Source: Thermoanaerobaculia bacterium (GTDB lineage Bacteria > Acidobacteriota > Thermoanaerobaculia > UBA5066 > Gp7-AA6). From it: a stretch of DNA of 32,161 nt. Below, one piece after another: positions 23,164 to 31,169 of the stretch (position 1 is the first letter of the stretch; the number at the start of each line of letters is the position of its first letter). The stretch spans positions 1 through 32,161 of the forward strand of contig JBOGJK010000257.1 in assembly GCA_050745345.1 (NCBI GenBank), written 5' to 3'. Both the position numbers and the translations under genes were made by a program. Under the pieces are notes generated by a model. The model was given only the letters and a program-made list of their open reading frames with translations, was not told where the DNA came from and did no database searches.

Positions 23164-24618
23164 ATGGCCAAGGCATCCCGCGAGCGGGTATCGGGCCTTC
23201 TCCGGCCGGCGGTCTTCTTCACTCACAACGCGATCTCCCAGATCGGCGTGATCCTCACGACGAGCGCGGCCGTCACGCTGCTCGCCTTCTGGGCGTACCT
23301 GATCGTGCAGGCCCGGCCCGTGCACCCCTACACCGGCATCGTCTTCTTCTTGATCCTTCCCGGCGTCTTCGCCCTCGGACTCCTCCTGATTCCGCTCGGC
23401 GCCATCCTGCGCCGCCGGAAGCTTCGCGCCCGGGGAGAGCTGCCCCACGAATATCCGAAGATCGACCTCCGCAGCCCCTCTCTGCGCCGGGCGCTCCTGC
23501 TGGTCGCGGGCCTGACCTTCGTCAACTTCGCGATCATGGGAGCGGCCTCGTACAAGGGGGTCGAGTACATGGATTCGGCTCAGTTCTGCGGGCAGACCTG
23601 CCACACGGTCATGTCCCCCGAGTACACGGCCTACGTCAACTCGCCTCACTCGCGGGTTGCCTGTGTGGAGTGCCACATCGGGCCGGGGGCGCCCTGGTTC
23701 GTGAAGGCGAAGATCTCCGGCGTTCGCCAGGTCTTCGCCGTCACTCTGAAGACCTACAGCCGGCCGATCCCTTCGCCTGTCCGGGAGCTTCGGCCCGCGC
23801 GGGAGACCTGCGAGCATTGTCACTGGCCTCAGAAGTTCACGGGCGACAAGTTCCTCGTGCGCACGAAGTACGGCGACGACGAGCAGAACACGCCGTCGAC
23901 GACGGTTCTGTTGCTGAAGATCGGCGGGCGGACGGCCCAGGGGTTGGTGGGCATTCACGGCCGGCACCTCGACACGATCGAGCGGATCGAATACCTGTCC
24001 ACCGATGGCCGCCGGCAGGTCATCCCGAGGGTGGCCTACGTCGACGACGATGGAAAGAAGGTGGAGTACGTTTCGACCGACGTGAAACCCACACCGGAGC
24101 AGCTCGCCCGCGGAGAGCGCCGCAAGATGGACTGCATGGACTGCCACAACCGGCCCACGCACGCCTTCGAGATGCCGGAACGGGCCGTCGACACGGCCAT
24201 GACCGACGGCCGGATCAGCAAAGACCTGCCTTACATCAAGAGAGAGGCTGTGGCGGCGTTGCGCGCCGAGTACCCCAATCGCGCGACGGCGTCCGAGCGG
24301 ATCCCCCGGACGCTGGTCGAGTTCTACCGGACGAAGTATCCGCAGGATTATCAGAACCGCCGGGCTTCCGTCGAGGCGGCTTCCGACCAGGTCAAGGCGA
24401 TCTATCTGCGAAACGTCTTTCCGGAGATGCAGGTCACCTGGGGGACGCACCCGAACAACATCGGCCACGAGGACTTCCTCGGCTGCTTCCGCTGCCACGA
24501 CGGAAAGCACAAGAGCTCCGACGGCCGCGTCATCAACGACGACTGCGAGGCGTGCCACCAGATCCTGGCGATGGAGGAGAAAGAGCCGAAGATCCTGGCG
24601 GACCTCGGGCTGAATTGA
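23164..24618 (+). CDS. Membrane-anchored hexaheme cytochrome c with NapC/NirT-like N-terminal heme block
   Basis: GAGGAGG SD and three N-terminal hydrophobic helices. Motifs CGQTCH (CxxxCH), CVECH, CEHCH, CMDCH, CFRCH and CEACH. The spacing of the first motifs, with ...ACVECHIGPG...K.SG...ETCEHCHWP, resembles quinol-dehydrogenase NapC/NirT/NrfH relatives. Confidence 0.7.
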   Translation: MAKASRERVSGLLRPAVFFTHNAISQIGVILTTSAAVTLLAFWAYLIVQARPVHPYTGIVFFLILPGVFALGLLLIPLGAILRRRKLRARGELPHEYPKIDLRSPSLRRALLLVAGLTFVNFAIMGAASYKGVEYMDSAQFCGQTCHTVMSPEYTAYVNSPHSRVACVECHIGPGAPWFVKAKISGVRQVFAVTLKTYSRPIPSPVRELRPARETCEHCHWPQKFTGDKFLVRTKYGDDEQNTPSTTVLLLKIGGRTAQGLVGIHGRHLDTIERIEYLSTDGRRQVIPRVAYVDDDGKKVEYVSTDVKPTPEQLARGERRKMDCMDCHNRPTHAFEMPERAVDTAMTDGRISKDLPYIKREAVAALRAEYPNRATASERIPRTLVEFYRTKYPQDYQNRRASVEAASDQVKAIYLRNVFPEMQVTWGTHPNNIGHEDFLGCFRCHDGKHKSSDGRVINDDCEACHQILAMEEKEPKILADLGLN

Positions 24619-24619
24619 G

Positions 24620-24668
24620 AGACGGAAGACGGGAGACGGGAGACGGGAGACGGGAAACAGGAGACGGG
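24620..24668. repeat. Tandem heptamer repeat (AGACGGG)n, about 7 units
   Basis: The sequence reads agacgga agacggg agacggg agacggg agacggg aaacagg agacggg between two convergent genes. The following cgtcttccgccttccgttctcc is partly complementary to it. Confidence 0.85.
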
Positions 24669-24725
24669 AGGCGTCTTCCGCCTTCCGTTCTCCGCGCGCA
24701 GTAGGGAATTAGTCGGACAGGCTCC

Positions 24726-25589
24726 TTAGGCCGCGGCGCTCGAGGGCGCGGCCGAGCGGCCGCGTGGCAGGACCTTCAGCAGGGCCTTGACCGTCGAAGG
24801 CACCAGCATCGGCCGCAGCAGCCGCCGGTCGTAGGGCGCGAAGCGCCTCTCGTTCTCGGCCAGACACAGCTCCAGGAAGGGGCGCAGCGAGAAGTCCGAG
24901 AAGCTGGTGTGGCTCTTCAGCGTGAAGCCGTCCTGCGACTCGCCGTTTCCTCTCCCCATCTGCATCGCGCCGCGCACGCGGTCTACAGCCTGCGCGACGA
25001 TGTTCCAGGCCCTCCGCGCGTCGAAGGCGGGCCGCAGGGGCATCGGTCGCCGGGCGCGCAGGTACGCCGCCCAGTTGACGATGAACAGGATGTGCCGCGC
25101 CTCCTCCTGCATGATCGTCTCGAAGATCGCGACGATTCGCGGCGGGAAGAGGCCGGAGCGGCCACCCAGGGCGAAGAGACCGAAGGCGAAGAAGGAGTCG
25201 AGGCACTCGCCGTAGCCGGTCCGCAGAAAGGCCCAGATCGGATCCTTCGGGACTTCCGGCTCCGGATAGGGCTTGACGGCGATGCCGTAGCGGCGGGTCA
25301 GGCGCTGGATGACCTCGGCGTGCCGGGCCTCCTCGTACCCCTGCAGCGCGATCGCCTCGGCCAGCACCGGGTCGGGCTCCGTGCGGCCGAGAGCCTGGAC
25401 CTTGACGGCCGTGGCGGCCTCCGTGCGAGCGGCCTCGTTCCAGACCGGCAGGGACTTGAGGCGCCCGAGGCTCTCCTCGTCCAACTCCGGCCAGACGATC
25501 TCCTCCGGCTTGAAGGGATCGTGCGTCTGGATGAAAGTGCGGCAGAAAAGCTGTTTGTGTTCTTCCGAGCCGATGCGGATGGAATCCAT
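24726..25589 (-). CDS. Ferritin-like diiron-carboxylate protein of unknown function
   Basis: Start taken at the ATG (25589) preceded by GAGGAG. Two ExxH motifs in helical context (QGYEEARHAEV and IMQEEARHILF), each with an upstream Glu, fit the diiron oxygenase/desaturase/R2-like pattern. Confidence 0.6.
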   Translation of the reverse strand: MDSIRIGSEEHKQLFCRTFIQTHDPFKPEEIVWPELDEESLGRLKSLPVWNEAARTEAATAVKVQALGRTEPDPVLAEAIALQGYEEARHAEVIQRLTRRYGIAVKPYPEPEVPKDPIWAFLRTGYGECLDSFFAFGLFALGGRSGLFPPRIVAIFETIMQEEARHILFIVNWAAYLRARRPMPLRPAFDARRAWNIVAQAVDRVRGAMQMGRGNGESQDGFTLKSHTSFSDFSLRPFLELCLAENERRFAPYDRRLLRPMLVPSTVKALLKVLPRGRSAAPSSAAA

Positions 25590-25663
25590 GGGCTTGTTCG
25601 CTCCTCGAGCCGGCGGTATCTCCCGCGGGCCGCTAAACCCTATCACGGCAAGGACATTCGGCT

Positions 25664-25672
25664 TGATATACT
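25664..25672 (+). promoter_or_regulatory. Possible extended -10 promoter element for dxs
   Basis: TGATATACT (TGn + TATACT) lies in the divergent intergenic region, 91 nt upstream of the dxs ATG. No convincing -35. Confidence 0.25.
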
Positions 25673-25762
25673 GCCTGATCTTTGCCGACTCCGTGATCGG
25701 GCGCGCGCCGGCGCCCCTGCGGAGGCGATTTGCGCGGAGGAGAGGACGGCCGAAACGACGCC

Positions 25763-27709
25763 ATGAAAGTGCTCAATCGCATCGGGGGACCCTCGGATTT
25801 GAAGTCCTTGAGCCACTCGGAGCTCGCCCGCCTGGCGCAGGAGTGTCGGGACGTCATCATCGAGACGATTACCCGGACGGGGGGACATCTGGCCTCCAAC
25901 CTCGGAGTCGTCGAGCTCACGCTGGCCCTGCACCGCGCCTTCGACAGCCCGAAGGACCGTCTCGTCTGGGACACGTCGAACCAGTGCTACACGCACAAGC
26001 TCGTGACGGGGCGCCGTGACAAGTTCGCCTCGATCCGCACGCCGGGCGGGCTCTCGGGATTCGCCGAGCCGGTCGAGAGCCCGCACGACACGCTGGCGGC
26101 CGGGCACGCGGGCACGGGCCTTTCGTACGGCTTGGGCGTCTCGATGGCGCTCCAGGGCGCCCGGGAAGAGCCGTTCGTCGTGGTCGTCGTGGGGGACGGC
26201 GCACTGACCTCGGGCCCGAGCTACGAGGCCTTGAACAATATCGTCCACGTCAAGCCGAAGCGGCTCGTGGTCGTCTTGAACGACAACGGCTGGTCGATCT
26301 CGGAGAACATCGGCTGGATGGTGCACTGGCGCAACCGCTTCGAGCTCCACCCGGCCTACGGGAAGCTGATCGAGAAGGGGCACAAGTTCGTCAAGCGCCT
26401 CCCCCACGGCGACAGGGCCTGGGAGCTCGCCCGGAAGCTGAAGAGCTCGGTCGAGGGGCTCTTCCTCCCCAACCTCGTCTGGGACGAGCTCGGGTTCCAC
26501 TACATCGGGCCGGTGGACGGCCACAATTTCGAGGAGCTGGAGGACGCGCTCGCCCGCGCGAAGAGCCTCTCCGCCGACGGCACGCCGGTGGTCATCCACG
26601 CCCTGACGCACAAGGGGAGGGGCTACCCGCTCGCCGAGGAGAACCCCTGCAAGTTCCACCAGCCGGGCACGCCGACCGGAGCCCCGGGCTCGGCGCCGCG
26701 CTACACTTACTCGCAGGTCTTCGCGCGCACCATCTCGGCACTGATGGAGAAAGACCCGAAGATCGTGGCGATTTCCGCCGCGATGCTCGAAGGCACGGCC
26801 TTGATCGAGGTCAAGAAGCGGTTTCCCGATCGTGTCTACGACGTCGGCATCGCCGAGGAGCACGCCGTGATCATGGCGGCGGGCATGGCCAAGGAGGGGT
26901 GGCGGCCGGTCGTCGCGATCTACTCCACGTTCCTCCAGCGCTCCTACGACCAGCTCATCCACGACGTCTGCCTGCAGAACCTGCCGGTGACCATCTGTAT
27001 CGACCGGGCGGGCCTCGTCGGAGACGACGGCAAGACCCACCATGGCATCTACGACATCGCCTACACGCGCGGCATCCCGAACATGACGGTCGCCGCGGGG
27101 CGCGACGAGAACGAGCTGCAGCACCTGCTCCAGACCGCGATCTACTCCGGGCGCCCCTTCACCCTCCGGTACCCTCGCGGCGCCGGGATCGGCGTTCCGC
27201 TCGACGAGAAGCTTCAGACGCTGCCGATCGGTAAGGGGGAAATCCGCCGCGAGGGCAAGGACCTGTATCTGGTCGCCTACGGCTCCATGGTCCCGGTGGC
27301 CGAGGAGGCGGCCGGGATGCTCGCCGAGCGGGGGATCGACACGGGAGTCGCCCACGCGCGCTACGCGAAGCCTCTTGACCTCGGCCTGCTGCGGCACGCG
27401 CGCGAGGCGGCTCCACGCATCCTGACGCTCGAGGAGCACCTCGCGATGGGCGGCTTCGGCAGCGCGGTGCTCGAGGCCTTCCACCGGGAAGGCTGGGCAA
27501 CCGAGGGCCTCCGGGTGCACGGGATTCCCGACCAGTTCGTCGAGCACAGCCCCGCGCCGCTGCAGAGGTCGAACTTCAAGCTGGATGCCGCAGGCGTGGT
27601 CGAGACCGCGCTCGCGCTCTACCCGGATCTCGCGCGGGCAGGCGCGCGTCCGGGGTCTTCGCGCGCGGGTGGGCTGCGGCCGGTCGCCGCGGAGACGGTG
27701 ACGTGGTGA
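25763..27709 (+). CDS. dxs: 1-deoxy-D-xylulose-5-phosphate synthase
   Basis: N-terminus MKVLNRIGGPSDLKSLSHSEL. Motifs GGHLASNLGVVELTLALH, GHAGTG, GDGALTSG, LNDNGWSISEN, DVGIAEEHAV, IYSTFLQRSYDQLIHDV and IDRAGLVGDDGKTHHG. The TTG at 25730 is a less likely start. Confidence 0.9.
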   Translation: MKVLNRIGGPSDLKSLSHSELARLAQECRDVIIETITRTGGHLASNLGVVELTLALHRAFDSPKDRLVWDTSNQCYTHKLVTGRRDKFASIRTPGGLSGFAEPVESPHDTLAAGHAGTGLSYGLGVSMALQGAREEPFVVVVVGDGALTSGPSYEALNNIVHVKPKRLVVVLNDNGWSISENIGWMVHWRNRFELHPAYGKLIEKGHKFVKRLPHGDRAWELARKLKSSVEGLFLPNLVWDELGFHYIGPVDGHNFEELEDALARAKSLSADGTPVVIHALTHKGRGYPLAEENPCKFHQPGTPTGAPGSAPRYTYSQVFARTISALMEKDPKIVAISAAMLEGTALIEVKKRFPDRVYDVGIAEEHAVIMAAGMAKEGWRPVVAIYSTFLQRSYDQLIHDVCLQNLPVTICIDRAGLVGDDGKTHHGIYDIAYTRGIPNMTVAAGRDENELQHLLQTAIYSGRPFTLRYPRGAGIGVPLDEKLQTLPIGKGEIRREGKDLYLVAYGSMVPVAEEAAGMLAERGIDTGVAHARYAKPLDLGLLRHAREAAPRILTLEEHLAMGGFGSAVLEAFHREGWATEGLRVHGIPDQFVEHSPAPLQRSNFKLDAAGVVETALALYPDLARAGARPGSSRAGGLRPVAAETVTW

Positions 27710-28695
27710 ACGAGGCTCGCCCCGTGGAGCCGCCGATCGAGAAGCTGCTCGTCGCGGGCTTGCGCGGCTTCTGCGCCGGGGTCGTCCGCGCGATCGACGT
27801 CGTCGAGAAGGCGCTCGAGGTGTGCGAGGGACCCGTCTACGTTCGCAAGGAGATCATCCACAACCGGTACGCCGTGGACGAGTTGCGGAGCAAGGGCGCC
27901 CACTTCGTCGAAGAAGTGGACGACGTGCCGGACGGCGCCTGGCTGATCTACTCGGCGCACGGCATTGCGCCGTCGGTCCGGGAGAGCGCACGCCGCAAGC
28001 GCCTCCGGACGATCGACGCCACCTGCCCCCTGGTCACGAAGGTGCACCTGGAGGCGATTCACTACGCGAATCAGAATTACACAATCATCCTGATCGGCCA
28101 CGAGGACCACGATGAGACGATCGGGACGCTGGGCGAGGCGCCCGATTCGATCCGCCTCGTCGGGACCCGGGAGGAGGCGGAGGCGGTCGAGGTCCCCGAT
28201 CCCGACCGGGTCGCGTACCTGACCCAGACGACGCTCTCGCTCGACGACACCCGGGAGATCGTCGAGGTCTTGAAGCGCCGATTTCCGAGGCTCGCCCGCC
28301 CCGCCAAGGACGACATCTGCTACGCGACCCAGAACCGCCAGGACGCGGTGAAGGCCATGGCGCCCTTCGTGGACCTGCTGCTCGTGCTGGGAGCGCCCAA
28401 CAGCTCGAACTCCCTGCGGCTCTGCGAGGTCGCCCGCGATCAGGGCGTGCCCTCGCACCTGATCGAGCGGGCCGAGGACATTCGTCCCGAGTGGCTCTCG
28501 GGCGTGCGGGTCCTGGGCCTGACCGCCAGCGCCTCGGCCCCCGAGATCCTGGTCCAGGAAGTGGTCCGCTACGCGCGGGAGAAGCTCGGCGTGCGCGAGG
28601 TCGAGGAGTTCGAGACGGTCAAAGAGCACGTGAGCTTCTCGCTTCCGCAAGAGCTCAAGACGCTCTTGAGGCCCGCCTCACGGGAAGCGGTTTGA
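27703..28695 (+). CDS. ispH: 4-hydroxy-3-methylbut-2-enyl diphosphate reductase
   Basis: Overlaps the dxs stop. Motifs GFCAGVVRAI, EIIHN, TCPLVTKVH, GHEDHDETIG, QTTLS, ICYATQNRQ and GAPNSSNS. Confidence 0.9.
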   Translation: MVNEARPVEPPIEKLLVAGLRGFCAGVVRAIDVVEKALEVCEGPVYVRKEIIHNRYAVDELRSKGAHFVEEVDDVPDGAWLIYSAHGIAPSVRESARRKRLRTIDATCPLVTKVHLEAIHYANQNYTIILIGHEDHDETIGTLGEAPDSIRLVGTREEAEAVEVPDPDRVAYLTQTTLSLDDTREIVEVLKRRFPRLARPAKDDICYATQNRQDAVKAMAPFVDLLLVLGAPNSSNSLRLCEVARDQGVPSHLIERAEDIRPEWLSGVRVLGLTASASAPEILVQEVVRYAREKLGVREVEEFETVKEHVSFSLPQELKTLLRPASREAV

Positions 28696-28729
28696 TCGGT
28701 CGCCGCCCGCACACCATCCGGATCGCGAC

Positions 28730-29791
28730 ATGGAATCCCCCGGCCCCCTGAGGCCCGCGCCGCCGGTGGGCAGGCACCTCGCGCGTCTGACGCTGCTTCT
28801 GGCCGGCGTCGCCCTGATCGTCTGGATGTTCCGGACGGTCGGGTGGCCGGCGATCGAGGCAAACCTGCGCGCGATCGGCGGGTGGTTCCTGCTGCTGGTC
28901 GCGATCTACGCCCTGCCGCAGGCGGCCTTCTTCCTGGGCTGGTGGGCCGTGATGGACCCGAGGCCCCCGCTGGCGCGCCTGCCGGGTCTCTTCGCCTTCT
29001 ACCTCGCGGGGGATTCCGCGAACTACCTCGCCCCCGGCGGTGTCGCGGGCGAGCCGCTGAAGGTGCACCTGCTCTCGGGCCAGATGGAGCCGGGGCGCGC
29101 GCTCGCCTCGGTCACGCTCCACAAGCACGCGGACATGCTCGCGCAATGGCTCTTCGTGCTGTGCGGCGTCGGCGTGACGCTGGCGAGCTTTCCTCTCTCA
29201 CCTCGGGCTCGCCTGGGGGCGCTTGCGGGTGTCGCGGTCTTGGGCGCGATGCTCGCCGCTCTGACCTGGGCCCTGCGGCGCGGGACCTACGGGCCGGCGC
29301 TCGCCTGGCTCTCGCGCTGGAAGACGCTCGGCGCTCGCCTGGCGCGGCACCAGGAGGGAGCCCGGAGGGTGGACGACCACATCCGCCGCTTCTACGGGGA
29401 AAGCCGGGGGGGCTTCGCGGCCGGGGTGGCGCTCTGCTTCCTCGGGTGGTGCGGGGGAGCGGTCGAGACCTGGATCGTGCTGCGGCTGCTCGCCCCGGAG
29501 CGGGGATGGGCGGCGGCCTTCGGGATCGAGACCCTCTCGATGGTCCTGACCACGATGCTGCTCTTCATCCCGGCCCGCGTGGGGGCTGCCGAGGGGGCCC
29601 GGGCGGGCGTGTGCGTGCTCCTGGGGCTGACGGCCGCGCAGGGCGTCGCCTACGGGCTCGTGCGCCGGGCCCGCGAGCTCCTCTGGGTGCTGCCGGGCCT
29701 CGGCGTGATGCTCGCGAGGTCCTGGCGCGGGCGCGCCGGGCGGCAGGAGGCCGGGGTCGCGGGTTTGGCCAAGGGAGAAATCCGGCCTTGA
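28730..29791 (+). CDS. Flippase-like polytopic membrane protein (lysylphosphatidylglycerol-synthase TM region / UPF0104-like)
   Basis: Several hydrophobic helices, with FYLAGDSANYLAPGGVAGEPLKVHLL and a C-terminal ...RVGAAEGA.. pattern reminiscent of that family. The family assignment is from memory of the motifs only. Confidence 0.5.
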   Translation: MESPGPLRPAPPVGRHLARLTLLLAGVALIVWMFRTVGWPAIEANLRAIGGWFLLLVAIYALPQAAFFLGWWAVMDPRPPLARLPGLFAFYLAGDSANYLAPGGVAGEPLKVHLLSGQMEPGRALASVTLHKHADMLAQWLFVLCGVGVTLASFPLSPRARLGALAGVAVLGAMLAALTWALRRGTYGPALAWLSRWKTLGARLARHQEGARRVDDHIRRFYGESRGGFAAGVALCFLGWCGGAVETWIVLRLLAPERGWAAAFGIETLSMVLTTMLLFIPARVGAAEGARAGVCVLLGLTAAQGVAYGLVRRARELLWVLPGLGVMLARSWRGRAGRQEAGVAGLAKGEIRP

Positions 29792-30456
29792 GCGCCGCGC
29801 CGGCCGTACGCGCGGTGCTGCTCGACTTCGGCGGCACGCTCGACGCCGACGGCGTCGCGTGGAAGGAGCGCTTCCGCCGGCTCTTCGCCGACGAGGGCGC
29901 GGATGCCGAGGGCTTCGAGCGGGCCTTCTACGACGCCGACGACGCTCTGGTGGGCGCAATCCCGCGGGATCTCTCGTTGGAGGAAACGGTGCAACGCCTC
30001 TCGGCCGGCGTTGCGCAGAATCTCGGGCGGCCGGAGGCGGCCGAGCGCGCGTCCTCGCGCTTCCTCGCGGATGCCCGGGCTCACCTGGCGCGAAACGCGG
30101 AGGTGCTGGAGCGCCTGCACGGTCGCTATCGCGTGGCGATCGTCTCGAACTTCTATGGCAACCTGGAGGCCGTGTGCCGGGAGACGGGACTCGCGCCGCA
30201 CTATGACGCCGCCATCGACTCGGTCGTCGTGAAGGCCGAAAAGCCCGACCGGCGCATCTTCGAGGCGGCGCTCGCGGCCGTGGGCGTTTCCCCGCGCAGG
30301 GCCGTCTTCGTCGGCGACTCGCAGCCGCGCGACATGGCGGGCGCCCGCGCCGTCGGCATGCGCCACGTGTGGCTGCGCGCCGGCGACGGCGCGCCCTGCT
30401 GCCCCGGCGACCCCGTGATCGCATGCCTGCCGCAGCTTCCCGGGGTGCTCCCGTGA
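29788..30456 (+). CDS. HAD-superfamily hydrolase/phosphatase
   Basis: TTG at 29788 follows AAGGGAGAAA and overlaps the upstream stop. Motif I is VLLDFGGTLD, motif II IVSNF, then K(AEKPD) and motif IV FVGDS. The start could instead be the GTG at 29815. Confidence 0.7.
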   Translation: MSAAPAVRAVLLDFGGTLDADGVAWKERFRRLFADEGADAEGFERAFYDADDALVGAIPRDLSLEETVQRLSAGVAQNLGRPEAAERASSRFLADARAHLARNAEVLERLHGRYRVAIVSNFYGNLEAVCRETGLAPHYDAAIDSVVVKAEKPDRRIFEAALAAVGVSPRRAVFVGDSQPRDMAGARAVGMRHVWLRAGDGAPCCPGDPVIACLPQLPGVLP

Positions 30457-31169
30457 CGGCGCTCGCGGCCGGCGGAGTCATCGCGGCGGGGGAGGGCTCG
30501 CGCCTCTCTTCCCTCGGCCGGCACAAGCCGCTCGTTCCGGTCGGAGGGGTGCCGCTGATCGAGCGGGTGCTGTCGAACTTCCAGGCCGCCAGGATCGCGC
30601 CGGTCGCCGTCATCTTCAACGGAGAGGAGGAAGACTGCGCGGCCTTCGTGCGCGAGCGTTTCCCGAAGCTCGTGAAGACCGTGGTCCTGCGGACGACCCC
30701 TCACTCCCTCGAGAGCTTCCGGACGATCCTCTCCGTCTCGCCGCCGGGGCGCCTGCTCGTCGCGACCGTGGACACCCTCTGCGCGGTCGAGGACTTCGTC
30801 GCCTTCGCCCGCGCGGCCGAGGCGGCGCCGGAGGAGGAGACGGTCCTCGCCGTCACGCCGCTCGTCGCGGACGAGAAGCCGCTCTGGGTTCGCATGGAAG
30901 CCGGGGGCCGCGTGACCGGGATCGGCGGGCCTTCGGGAGACGCCGTCACCGCGGGCTTCTACGCCGTCTCGGAGCGCGCGCGGGCGCTCGTGCCTCCGGC
31001 CTCGCTCGGGCGCCTCCGGGAGTACCTCTCCTGGCTCTGCGCCTCGGGCGAGCCGATCCGGGCCGTGACGATCGCGAGGGCCGTGGACGTGGACCGGCCC
31101 GAGGACGTGCGGTTGGCGGAGTCCCTCTTCGGGCCGGCGCCGCGGCGGGCCGCGGGAGGCGAGGCGTGA
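30453..31169 (+). CDS. Nucleotidyltransferase (NTP_transferase / MobA-like fold)
   Basis: GTG overlaps the upstream stop (GTGA). N-terminal GVIAAGEGSRLSSLGRHKPLVPVGGVPLIERVL is the classic sugar-phosphate/alcohol-phosphate nucleotidyltransferase signature. Confidence 0.7.
   Translation: MTALAAGGVIAAGEGSRLSSLGRHKPLVPVGGVPLIERVLSNFQAARIAPVAVIFNGEEEDCAAFVRERFPKLVKTVVLRTTPHSLESFRTILSVSPPGRLLVATVDTLCAVEDFVAFARAAEAAPEEETVLAVTPLVADEKPLWVRMEAGGRVTGIGGPSGDAVTAGFYAVSERARALVPPASLGRLREYLSWLCASGEPIRAVTIARAVDVDRPEDVRLAESLFGPAPRRAAGGEA

Noticed and set aside
3128-24618. Calling the cytochrome block a mobile genomic island
   Set aside because: There is no integrase, transposase, tRNA attachment site or flanking perfect direct repeats, and no visible GC or codon shift relative to the flanks. 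Only the sqs relic and the 42-nt element hint at rearrangement.
24620-24668. CRISPR array
   Set aside because: The repeat unit is 7 nt with no spacers, and there are no cas genes. It is a simple tandem repeat.
22230-24704. 824-aa + strand ORF spanning the cytochrome b and hexaheme genes in another frame
   Set aside because: It is Arg/Pro/Gly-rich with no motifs. The alternative frames give a multi-TM b-type cytochrome and a CxxCH-rich protein with good Shine-Dalgarno sequences. Its GDGRRET repeats are simply the heptamer DNA repeat read through.
25643-27547. 634-aa ORF on the minus strand
   Set aside because: It is antisense to dxs, which is unambiguous on the + strand.
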